A DNA stretch of 36,036 nt from a virus, in the IMG/VR virus record IMGVR_UViG_3300016484_000187, positions 1 to 36,036 of that record; one strand, 5' to 3'. The translations under genes were made by a program, and so were the position numbers. The notes below the pieces were generated by a model. That model was given only the letters and a program-made list of their open reading frames with translations. It had not been told where the DNA came from and searched no databases. Below, one piece after another: positions 17,269 to 25,509 of this stretch. The stretch's first letter is position 1. Each line of letters starts with the position of its first letter.

Positions 17269-18981
17269 ATGGCATCAAGAGAAGAAGTAATAAAACTAAC
17301 CATTGAATCAGCGGAGGCTGCAAAATCCGTTAAAGAGGTACGCGACTCGCTAAAGGCTATCCGTAACCAAATGCTTGGCGTTGCGGAGGACAGTCAGGAG
17401 TTCCATCAGTTAGCAGCAGCAGCAGCGGAGTTAAAAGATCGCGTTCAGGATGCTAACGAAGCGATGGCAGCAATGCATCCTGACGGTTTTCAGGCCGTAG
17501 TTGGTTTCGCACAAAAAGCAGCGGGAGCGGTAGCGGGTTTACAAGGTGCAATGGCTTTGTTCGGTGGCGAATCGGAGGAAGTGCAACAGACGATCATGAA
17601 GTTACAGGCTGCAATGGCTTTGACGCAAGGCTTGGAGTCATTAAAGGACATGAGCAAGGCGTGGAGAGCGTTAAACGCCGTTATCGCTGCTAATCCTGTT
17701 ATCGCTGTTACGGTTGCGGTTGTGGCGTTAGGTACTGCGATTAAGGAGGTGGTAAATTACTTTAATCCACTAAACACCGAAGCGCGTCGATTGCAAAGAA
17801 TCAGCGAACAAACGACAAAAGAAGTCGAGTTACGGGCGTCATATTTAGACAACGAAATAAAGTTAGCACAAGCACGTGGTGATTCAGAGCAAAGCATTTA
17901 TGAGAAACAAAAATTACAAGTTGCGGAAAAAGTCAAAGGTGCAAAGGCAGCACTCGCAGCAGCGGAAGCAACGTTAAAGCAACAGGAAGCGGAGAAAGGA
18001 TTATTGGACTACATTGGCGAGGCTTATATTATGATGCTCAAAGTAACTGGGCAATCAGAGATGGCAGCCATTCAAGAAAAAGCACAGGCAGCACGTAGAC
18101 AGCAGAATTTGCAGGAGTATGTCGACGCGGTTGATCAGGCGCGTTTGCAGTTGGATAACTTAATCACAGAACAACAAATTGTCGAGGTCAACCATACAAA
18201 CTTCCTAAAAGAACAATACAAAGAACGTGCAGCAGCGCAACGGGAACAAGCGAAAAATAACGAACAAGCAATTCGTGATATGATGGTTGTTTCTCAGCAA
18301 GAACTTGATGCTGAAAACGAACAATTTATCGCAGATCAGGAGAAAGCAAGAGAAGAGGCACGTTTGGCAGATGCAGCAGAAATAAAAAGAAAAGAAGATG
18401 AAGAGCGAGAGGAAATGGCACGTCAATATCGTTTATACGAATTTGAACAAAAATTAGCAGCACAACGTAAAGCATTAGAGGTCGCAGTTAATAAAGCGCG
18501 TTTGGATTTAGCAAAAGATGCATTTGCTGCATTAGGTCAATTAGCAGGTAAGAACGCTAAACTTCAAAAAGCCTTTGCCGTTGCCGAAACAACTATTGCA
18601 ACGTATCAGGCTGCACAACAAGCATACCTATCACAGTTAGCACTTGCAACGCCCGACGCACCAATTCGTGCAGCGGTAGCAGCAGGTATAGCAATAGCAT
18701 CGGGATTGGCTCGTGTTGCAGCTATTGTCGCTGTAAATGAGAAGGGCGGTGGAGGTGGATCGGTTGGAGGAGGTGGCGGTGGCATGGGTGGCGGTATGGG
18801 ATTAGCGCAAATAAATGACCAACCAAACATCAACAGCGCAGCGCAACCCTCAACGCTATTAGATCAACAGGGCAACGTGATCAACCAACAAAACAACCAA
18901 CCAACAGCATACGTGGCAGTAACCGAAATCAACGAGGTAAACAATAACGTGCAGGTTGTCGAGAACCTTGCGCGATTCTAA
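17269..18981 (+). CDS. Tape-measure-like protein
   Basis: 570 aa with long Ala/Glu/Gln/Lys coiled-coil regions, a hydrophobic segment 'VIAANPVIAVTVAVVALGTAI' and a Gly run 'GGGGGSVGGGGGGMGGGMG'. Confidence 0.5.
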   Translation: MASREEVIKLTIESAEAAKSVKEVRDSLKAIRNQMLGVAEDSQEFHQLAAAAAELKDRVQDANEAMAAMHPDGFQAVVGFAQKAAGAVAGLQGAMALFGGESEEVQQTIMKLQAAMALTQGLESLKDMSKAWRALNAVIAANPVIAVTVAVVALGTAIKEVVNYFNPLNTEARRLQRISEQTTKEVELRASYLDNEIKLAQARGDSEQSIYEKQKLQVAEKVKGAKAALAAAEATLKQQEAEKGLLDYIGEAYIMMLKVTGQSEMAAIQEKAQAARRQQNLQEYVDAVDQARLQLDNLITEQQIVEVNHTNFLKEQYKERAAAQREQAKNNEQAIRDMMVVSQQELDAENEQFIADQEKAREEARLADAAEIKRKEDEEREEMARQYRLYEFEQKLAAQRKALEVAVNKARLDLAKDAFAALGQLAGKNAKLQKAFAVAETTIATYQAAQQAYLSQLALATPDAPIRAAVAAGIAIASGLARVAAIVAVNEKGGGGGSVGGGGGGMGGGMGLAQINDQPNINSAAQPSTLLDQQGNVINQQNNQPTAYVAVTEINEVNNNVQVVENLARF

Positions 18982-18993
18982 ACGAACAACACA

Positions 18994-19005
18994 TTTGTAA
19001 TTTTA
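18994..19005 (+). promoter_or_regulatory. Late-gene motif TTTGTAATTTTA, 5 nt upstream of the ATG
   Basis: Exact copy of the 12145 motif. Confidence 0.5.
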
Positions 19006-19010
19006 TTAAC

Positions 19011-19628
19011 ATGGCAAAGAAAAAGAAAAAGCTACCTATCTACGAAATGACAGTTGACATGAACGACAACACTGGCGTGTCAATGAATGCGTTAGTAGAT
19101 GCACCTGCGGTAGAGGTTGACTTTGTAGTATTTGACGAAGCGAAGCCGATGTACTTTGTTAACGACAAAGAATGGATCGTGACTGGCGTTGCAATGAGAG
19201 CGGACTTCCCGATTTACCGCAATGACAGCAAAGGTGAATACTTTGTAAAGGTTTCAAAAGAGACCATTAAAACCATCGTTAAAAAGTGGGCGAAGCATCA
19301 ACGATTTAACGCGGTTAACAAGATGCACGACGCGGAAGACATCGCTAACGGTGTGTATATGGTTGAATCCATGATCGTGGATAAAGAGCGAGGTGTTAAC
19401 GCACCACAGGCGTTCAAAGATGTTGAGGACGGCAGTTGGATTTTATCTTACTACGTTGAATCACCTGAAATACGCGAGAAGATAACCAAAGGCGAGTACA
19501 AAGGATTTAGTGTTGAGGGATTATTCGGATTTGACTTCATGGCTGACGAACCTAACCCACATGACGAACTTGTAGCGTCAATGGACACGATTATTGATAA
19601 CTTTCTAAACGAATTTACTAAACCGTAA
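19011..19628 (+). CDS. Putative prohead protease (XkdF-like)
   Basis: It lies immediately upstream of the scaffold and capsid genes. 'ALVDAPAVEVDFVVF' and 'FNAVNKMHDAEDIANGVYMVES' resemble the XkdF-type domain. Confidence 0.45.
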   Translation: MAKKKKKLPIYEMTVDMNDNTGVSMNALVDAPAVEVDFVVFDEAKPMYFVNDKEWIVTGVAMRADFPIYRNDSKGEYFVKVSKETIKTIVKKWAKHQRFNAVNKMHDAEDIANGVYMVESMIVDKERGVNAPQAFKDVEDGSWILSYYVESPEIREKITKGEYKGFSVEGLFGFDFMADEPNPHDELVASMDTIIDNFLNEFTKP

Positions 19629-19633
19629 TTTTA
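19625..19633 (+). promoter_or_regulatory. Core of the late-gene motif (GTAATTTTA), 5 nt upstream of the ATG
   Basis: Partial copy with the same spacing to the ATG. Confidence 0.4.
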
Positions 19634-19638
19634 ATAAC

Positions 19639-20298
19639 ATGGCAATCAATCAAGATACTATTAAGAAGTTCGCGGAACAAATGAAGTCTGCATTTGCAGT
19701 GTTCAAAGACGAACAAGTAAACACCAACGAACAAGCATTCGGAAAGGCTGTATTGCCTGACGGTTCTGTTTTGGTTTGGGAAGGTGAACCAATGATCGGA
19801 ACACCTGTAAACGTAGAAACTCCAGAAGGATTAGTACCTGCTGCATCAGGTGATTACACTTTGGAGGACGGTACTGTCATCACTATCGTTGACGGTTTTA
19901 TCACAGAGATTGAAGCACCTGAAATGAAAGATCCAAACAACGAAGAAGTTGTTGCGCCTGTAGCACCGGAAGGAATGAGCGAAGAAACTTCACAAACAAC
20001 ACCGAAAGAGGTTATCGAACGAGTGGAGAAAGTTCAGCGTTTCACCGAAGACGAGGTAAAGGCGTTAAAAGATAACATCACAGCATTGAGCGAAGTGGTA
20101 GCGAACCTAACAAAGCAGAACGAAGAGTTATCTAAGTTTCGCACACAGATGTTAGCGTTCAATGAATCAGTTGCTAAGGCAATCGAGGATTTGGGCGATG
20201 CACCACAAGTTGAAACTAAAAAAGAACAGAATTTCCGCGTTGAAGAAAAGGCAAAGCCGTCAATCGAGGAAATCCGCGCACGAATTTTCAAGCGTTAA
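19639..20298 (+). CDS. Putative scaffolding protein
   Basis: Acidic protein with a C-terminal coiled coil ('VKALKDNITALSEVVANLTKQNEELSKF'). It lies between the protease and the capsid gene. Confidence 0.5.
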   Translation: MAINQDTIKKFAEQMKSAFAVFKDEQVNTNEQAFGKAVLPDGSVLVWEGEPMIGTPVNVETPEGLVPAASGDYTLEDGTVITIVDGFITEIEAPEMKDPNNEEVVAPVAPEGMSEETSQTTPKEVIERVEKVQRFTEDEVKALKDNITALSEVVANLTKQNEELSKFRTQMLAFNESVAKAIEDLGDAPQVETKKEQNFRVEEKAKPSIEEIRARIFKR

Positions 20299-20323
20299 TA
20301 TTCACTAATAAAAACATAAAAAA

Positions 20324-21310
20324 ATGGCATTTGATTTAACAGGGATGACGAACCACGTCACCGACGAAGCAGCCGACCTCCGTTCGATTGCGATTTATTC
20401 ACCTGTGACTGTTCCATTGGTAACAGTTGTAGAAGGCATCAAGTATTCAGAGCGTCTGACTTACTTCGATGTTGATCCTTATTTCCAAGCAGACAGCTCT
20501 TGCGCTACTGTAAACCCATCAGGTGATTCTGGTAACTTTGATCAGATCACTTTGACAGTTGATTCAATGAAAGTTGAATTGGATTGGTGTTTCAAAGATT
20601 TGGACGCGAAGTCACTTCGTCGTTACTTACGCGCTGGTGCTAAGTTGGATGAAAATTCTGCTCCTGAATTAGTATCTACAATCATGGCACGTACAGCGGA
20701 GCAAATCGCAAAAGATTTGGAATCTGCTTACTGGCAGTCATCTAAGACACAAGGTGCAGGTACTCGTAACTTAAAGCACTTCAACGGTTTCATTCAGACT
20801 CTCGAAACTTTAGGCGGTTACGTTAACTCTAACACTACAAGCGAAACCTCAATTACAGTTTCTAACGTTGTTACTATTTTTGACAACCACTGGTTAGCTG
20901 TTCCTGCTGCTATGAAGCGTAAGGAAGACTTGATTACTGTATGTGGTGATGATACTTTCGATAAATTAATCATCAAGATTAAGAACGAAAATTATTTCCA
21001 CTACTCTGCATCAACTGCTGACATCTCAGCACGTCGCGTAACATTGCCGGGTACTAACATGGTTATCCAAGCGGTACCAGGACTTAACTCTGATAACGAC
21101 GAGTTGAGCGGTATGCCTGCATTGTTCAAGAACCGTATCTTCACATTCTACAAGTCAAATTTGATTATCGCAACTGACCAAATCACAGATGCTAACGATT
21201 GGATGGCTTGGTATGAGAAGAAGGATGACAAGTTGTACGCTCGTGTTCGCATGAAGTTTACAACAGGCGTGTTCTTCCCTCAGCACGTAGTATCTTTCAA
21301 GACAGCATAA
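20324..21310 (+). CDS. Major capsid protein (HK97-fold expected)
   Basis: 328 aa, positioned after the protease and scaffold genes and followed by a strong hairpin. Confidence 0.65.
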   Translation: MAFDLTGMTNHVTDEAADLRSIAIYSPVTVPLVTVVEGIKYSERLTYFDVDPYFQADSSCATVNPSGDSGNFDQITLTVDSMKVELDWCFKDLDAKSLRRYLRAGAKLDENSAPELVSTIMARTAEQIAKDLESAYWQSSKTQGAGTRNLKHFNGFIQTLETLGGYVNSNTTSETSITVSNVVTIFDNHWLAVPAAMKRKEDLITVCGDDTFDKLIIKIKNENYFHYSASTADISARRVTLPGTNMVIQAVPGLNSDNDELSGMPALFKNRIFTFYKSNLIIATDQITDANDWMAWYEKKDDKLYARVRMKFTTGVFFPQHVVSFKTA

Positions 21311-21321
21311 TAATTAATCAA

Positions 21322-21350
21322 AGTGTGGCAGCCCCGTAAGGCTGCCCACT
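21322..21350 (+). terminator. Stem-loop downstream of the capsid gene
   Basis: GGCAGCC (21327-33) pairs with GGCTGCC (21340-46) around the loop ccgtaa. The stem extends with one bulge. The T tract is weak. Confidence 0.5.
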
Positions 21351-21367
21351 TTATAAAACATTAGACG

Positions 21368-21877
21368 ATGAGTTGTTCAATCAATCAATCTTTTGTTATC
21401 GACTGTCGTGACAACGTTGGCGGTATCAAAGAGATTAAGGTAAAAACCTTTAATTCTAACTTGACAGGCTTTGCGTTGACATCAGGTCAAGCAACTTTGT
21501 CGGGCAATGGATTGACAGGGTGGTACACTTTGCAATGCGAAGAGGCTACTGCAACCGCTACAGACAGCGGTACAACTTCACGCGAGAATGGCACAACAAT
21601 GTACGCTCCAACAGTTAACTGGGTATGGAACACAAAGAATGCTGCTATCTTGAATGAGGTTCAGAAATATCACGGTGGTACATTCCATGTCGCTGTGAAA
21701 TACAATAACGGTGAGGTGCGTGTGTTTGGTTACGAAAACGGTTTGTTCTGTTCATCTTCTGTTGATGAAGCAGGTACTGCATATGGTGATCGTAACGGTT
21801 ACACTCTTACCTTTACTGGCATGGAAAAGATCAAAGCACCACACGTCACTAACTTGTGGACTGCTTTAGGAGTATAG
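21368..21877 (+). CDS. Abundant small structural protein, possibly the major tail (tube) protein
   Basis: 169 aa, bracketed by two hairpins. 'FHVAVKYNNGEVRVFGYENGL' and 'GDRNGYTLTFTGME' resemble tail-tube families. Confidence 0.4.
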   Translation: MSCSINQSFVIDCRDNVGGIKEIKVKTFNSNLTGFALTSGQATLSGNGLTGWYTLQCEEATATATDSGTTSRENGTTMYAPTVNWVWNTKNAAILNEVQKYHGGTFHVAVKYNNGEVRVFGYENGLFCSSSVDEAGTAYGDRNGYTLTFTGMEKIKAPHVTNLWTALGV

Positions 21878-21905
21878 TTTGTTTTCTGTTCATAGTTTGG
21901 TTTGG

Positions 21906-21935
21906 CGCGTCTATCTTACGGTAGGCGCGTTTTTT
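21906..21935 (+). terminator. Rho-independent terminator
   Basis: CGCGTCTA (21906-13) pairs with TAGGCGCG (21922-29), including one G-U pair, and is followed by TTTTTT (21930-35). Confidence 0.7.
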
Positions 21936-21952
21936 ATTACACAAAAATTCGT

Positions 21953-21964
21953 TTTGTAATTTTA
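21953..21964 (+). promoter_or_regulatory. Late-gene motif TTTGTAATTTTA, 5 nt upstream of the ATG
   Basis: Exact copy, located directly after the terminator. Confidence 0.5.
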
Positions 21965-21969
21965 ATAAT

Positions 21970-22326
21970 ATGTTGCAAGTTACAAAAGGAGCATCCAACA
22001 CGTTGGTGTTAACGTTGACCGAGAAAACAACGCTAACGAATCCATATTATTTGTTTTATTTATTAGGTGGTGATCAGACTGTGGTAACGTGGATTGCACA
22101 ACCATCAGCGAGTGACAGCCGTAAGGATACGTTTGTATTTATTGAAGGCACAACGGCAACGCTAACCGAACAGATATACCAATACTTCGTTTACGAGCAA
22201 ACGAGCAGCAACAATACAAATCCGTCATTAGCTACGTCACTTGTCGAGAAAGGACAGTTGAAAGTTAACGATGTAAATGAACAGGCATACCAAATGCCTA
22301 CTAACACAACGCAATATCATTACTAA
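21970..22326 (+). CDS. Hypothetical virion protein
   Basis: 118-aa ORF preceded by the late motif. Confidence 0.55.
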   Translation: MLQVTKGASNTLVLTLTEKTTLTNPYYLFYLLGGDQTVVTWIAQPSASDSRKDTFVFIEGTTATLTEQIYQYFVYEQTSSNNTNPSLATSLVEKGQLKVNDVNEQAYQMPTNTTQYHY

Positions 22327-24215
22327 TGAGTGAGCAAAATAAACCACAGATTCATTGGTTGCAACTGAACAACAGAAAGCGTCCTGAATTTGTTGAGATC
22401 AAAGATTCGGAGTTCATTAAGTCAGGTGAAAAAAATGATTTTCCATACTACTTAATTGACTTATATCGTCGTTGTTCGTTTCATTCTGCAATCATCAACG
22501 CAAAGGTTAACTACATTGCAGGTGCAGGATGGGATTACGCTAAGGGCGCGTATATGACCGTAGCACAAAAGTCGTTAGCAGATAAGTTGATCAAACAGCC
22601 ATTTGCTGACACGGATTTGAACGAATCAACATTGCGCTGGGCTTTAGACTTCGAGGTGCATAATATGTTCGCTATTCTTGTGAAATGGTCAAAGAACAAG
22701 CGTACTGCAACATTAGAGCACATCGACGTTGCTAACCTGCGTACCAATGCGGACATGAGCAAATTCGCCTATACGCGTAAATGGTACATAATTAAGCAAG
22801 GTAAACGCATCGAGAATAAGAACTTTGAAAAAGAGCCTGATTACAAAGTTTATGACGGCTACGATCCAAATGAGCGCGAAGGTGAGCAGATTTACTTTTA
22901 TGCTGCATACCATCCTGACCAATACGTGTACGCATTGCCACAATATCGCGGTGCGTTGACATGGATTGAGAATCACATTGCGTATTCGGATTTCCAATAC
23001 ACAAACATTACCGCGTCATTTGCGCCAATGATCAATGCTAAGTTCTTTGGCAATATTCCTGATGACGAGAAGCAGCAAGAGATAACTGAATCGTTTACTA
23101 AGAACTTTACAAGTCCAGAAGGTAAGCGATTGATGGTTGGGTTTTATCAGTCTATCGAACAGGCTGCTGCTATTGACCCAATTAACGTACCTGACCAGTC
23201 AACACTTTACAAAGAGATCGCGGATCAATCCGAGTACAATATTTTGGCCTCACACGAGTTTCCAAAGTTATTGTTGGGAATATCTACCGAAGGCGCATTA
23301 GGTCAGCGCAATGAGTTGGCTACAATGGAAGAAAGTTACTATAACCGCTACGTGATAAGCCGTCAGCGTTGTTTGGAGTACGCTATCAATGAGATCGTGC
23401 ACGACATTGGTTTACCTATCACGTTAAAATTAAAGCGCGTTAAGTCAGTTGACTGGATGCCGTCAGACGCTACTATTGAGCGCATCTTAGGTGACGAGCG
23501 ATTGACAGAATATGTAATTGATCGTTTGGGTGTAAAGAACAAACAGTCTTATGCCTTTAATAAAGCAACAATCGACGCAAATATTGCGGTGTTTATGAAG
23601 TACGGTGTTGATGCGGACAAATACGAAGTTGTCCGTGAGCGCGATGTGTTGACATTTGACGCTGATCAGATCGAAGCGAGTGAGCAGGAGTTTATGACGT
23701 TTGCAAAGGCTGAAATAAAATCGTTAGATCGTGTGGTGTTGGACTTGCTAAGTAAAGACCCGTTTATACCTGCCGAGAATATCGCTAAGGTTGCGAAGGT
23801 TTCTATTGGTGATGTCAAAGATACTATTGACCGTTTGCGTGAGAATAAGAGCATCAAATGGTCACCGGAGAAAATCGCAGGTGATAAGGTTGGAGCGTAT
23901 GAGTTGACCGAAAAAGGTCAAGAGTTGATTAAAGAGCAACCTGCTAAGACCGAGAATCTGAAAGTGATGTACCGTTACGATTTATCTGCTAATGCACCAA
24001 AGTTAGTTGCAGGTGGTAAGTCGCGTCCGTTTTGTGTGGAGTTGATGCGATTAAACAAACTTTATTCTCGTGAGGATATTAACCAAATGAGTATTGAAGA
24101 AGATCGTAATGTGTGGAGTTTACGCGGAGGTTGGTACACAAACCCAAATACAGGCGTAGCACAACCACAATGCCGTCACACGTTTAGACAAGTAATCGTT
24201 AGAGAAAGACAATAA
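22326..24215 (+). CDS. Portal protein with a C-terminal extension
   Basis: 'FPYYLIDLYRRCSFHSAIINAKVNYIAGAGW' is a portal-type N-terminus and 'FPKLLLGISTEGALGQRNE' is portal-like. The C-terminal roughly 170 aa carry a wHTH-like segment and a Cys/His segment. Confidence 0.6.
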   Translation: MSEQNKPQIHWLQLNNRKRPEFVEIKDSEFIKSGEKNDFPYYLIDLYRRCSFHSAIINAKVNYIAGAGWDYAKGAYMTVAQKSLADKLIKQPFADTDLNESTLRWALDFEVHNMFAILVKWSKNKRTATLEHIDVANLRTNADMSKFAYTRKWYIIKQGKRIENKNFEKEPDYKVYDGYDPNEREGEQIYFYAAYHPDQYVYALPQYRGALTWIENHIAYSDFQYTNITASFAPMINAKFFGNIPDDEKQQEITESFTKNFTSPEGKRLMVGFYQSIEQAAAIDPINVPDQSTLYKEIADQSEYNILASHEFPKLLLGISTEGALGQRNELATMEESYYNRYVISRQRCLEYAINEIVHDIGLPITLKLKRVKSVDWMPSDATIERILGDERLTEYVIDRLGVKNKQSYAFNKATIDANIAVFMKYGVDADKYEVVRERDVLTFDADQIEASEQEFMTFAKAEIKSLDRVVLDLLSKDPFIPAENIAKVAKVSIGDVKDTIDRLRENKSIKWSPEKIAGDKVGAYELTEKGQELIKEQPAKTENLKVMYRYDLSANAPKLVAGGKSRPFCVELMRLNKLYSREDINQMSIEEDRNVWSLRGGWYTNPNTGVAQPQCRHTFRQVIVRERQ

Positions 24216-24217
24216 TT

Positions 24218-24793
24218 ATGAGTACTATAAATAAGCCGTTATTATTCAAGCCTAACGACGAAGGGCTACTGGCATACGTTGAAAGCACATACGATCAACA
24301 GCAACTGTGCGAGGTGATATGGGACACACAGCGTCACTACATTCGTCCGATATTGGGAAGCGCGTTGTATGATCAACTGTTAACACAAGTGCAGAATAAC
24401 ACGTTAACACAATTAAACACAACGCTGTTAAACACGTACATTAACCCTGTAATGAAGTTCTACGTGTTGGGAAATGGTTTATACGTGTTCAACTACAAAA
24501 TGCGTCAAAAGGGCGTTATGACGATGAACAGCGATAACGCTAATCCTGCGAGTATTTCGGAATTGGACCGTTTGTATAAGTACTTTATGGATAAAGGTCA
24601 GACCGATGCTGATATGTTGATGCGTTACCTGATCGAATACGAAGATCAGTACCCGTTGTACGGCGATCCTGGCGATGGAGTTGATACGGTCTTACCAAAG
24701 CACAAACAGTATAACGTTGGTATTTATATGGGCAAATATCGATCAGGCTATAACCCATGCGGAACAGGTGATGAAAACACAATCGATTTCTAA
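24218..24793 (+). CDS. Putative head-tail connector/adaptor protein
   Basis: 191 aa, directly after the portal. 'HYIRPILGSALYDQL' resembles gp6-like adaptor families. Confidence 0.4.
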   Translation: MSTINKPLLFKPNDEGLLAYVESTYDQQQLCEVIWDTQRHYIRPILGSALYDQLLTQVQNNTLTQLNTTLLNTYINPVMKFYVLGNGLYVFNYKMRQKGVMTMNSDNANPASISELDRLYKYFMDKGQTDADMLMRYLIEYEDQYPLYGDPGDGVDTVLPKHKQYNVGIYMGKYRSGYNPCGTGDENTIDF

Positions 24794-24843
24794 AAAGACA
24801 AAGAACGCTAAAAAGTTTATCGAATACTTAGCGAAGAAGCACG

Positions 24844-25509
24844 ATGACAAGCTACAGCAACATAACGACGTTAAATCAACTGATCGCAAACATTCAGGAG
24901 ATAGCAACGCAGCATCGACAGATAAATGATTTTAAGTACGGCAATACTTGGGAGCATTACGCGTCGGGTACTACGAACACGCCTGAATTATGGTGCAATG
25001 TAGAAAGCGCACAACGTGGAATAAGTAGCACTACATTCGACGTTCGTTTCTGGTTAGTTGACTCCGTTATACGCGGAGAGATAGACGAGTTGGAACGTCA
25101 TTCTGATTTGGTGCAAATAGCGGAAGATATTATTGCACAACTTCGTCATCCTGCGTACAAGTGGCGCATTAACCGTGACACGTTATTTAACTTGGATTTG
25201 TTGGTCGAGTATTCGCCCAAGAATTTAGCAGGTGTTACGTTTACGGTATCGGTCGAGGTTGCGAAAGGCGATGACAGATGCAATATTCCATTTGTGACAC
25301 CGCCATATCCAAATGATGGTGGAGGTACAACAATTTGCGCATCAGCGACGGTAAAGAATAGCAATAATACGTATACGGTAACGGTTGCGAGTGGTGGCAC
25401 GTTAACGCTTCCCGATACAACTTATAATGTGTACGTGGATAACGTGTTGCAGAACACGGTAACGGTAGCAACATTAGACAATCAAACAATTAACATAGTA
25501 TGGCAGTAA
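24844..25509 (+). CDS. Virion structural protein
   Basis: 221 aa with a beta-rich C-terminus, 'YTVTVASGGTLTLPDTTYNVYVDN'. Confidence 0.5.
   Translation: MTSYSNITTLNQLIANIQEIATQHRQINDFKYGNTWEHYASGTTNTPELWCNVESAQRGISSTTFDVRFWLVDSVIRGEIDELERHSDLVQIAEDIIAQLRHPAYKWRINRDTLFNLDLLVEYSPKNLAGVTFTVSVEVAKGDDRCNIPFVTPPYPNDGGGTTICASATVKNSNNTYTVTVASGGTLTLPDTTYNVYVDNVLQNTVTVATLDNQTINIVWQ

Noticed and set aside
24675-24929. An ORF bridging 24218..24793 and 24844..25509, with a possible 52-aa product from ATG 24771.
   Set aside because: It overlaps both neighbours, has a Lys-rich low-complexity sequence, and lacks a leader motif. It is probably not coding, although a tiny gene cannot be excluded.
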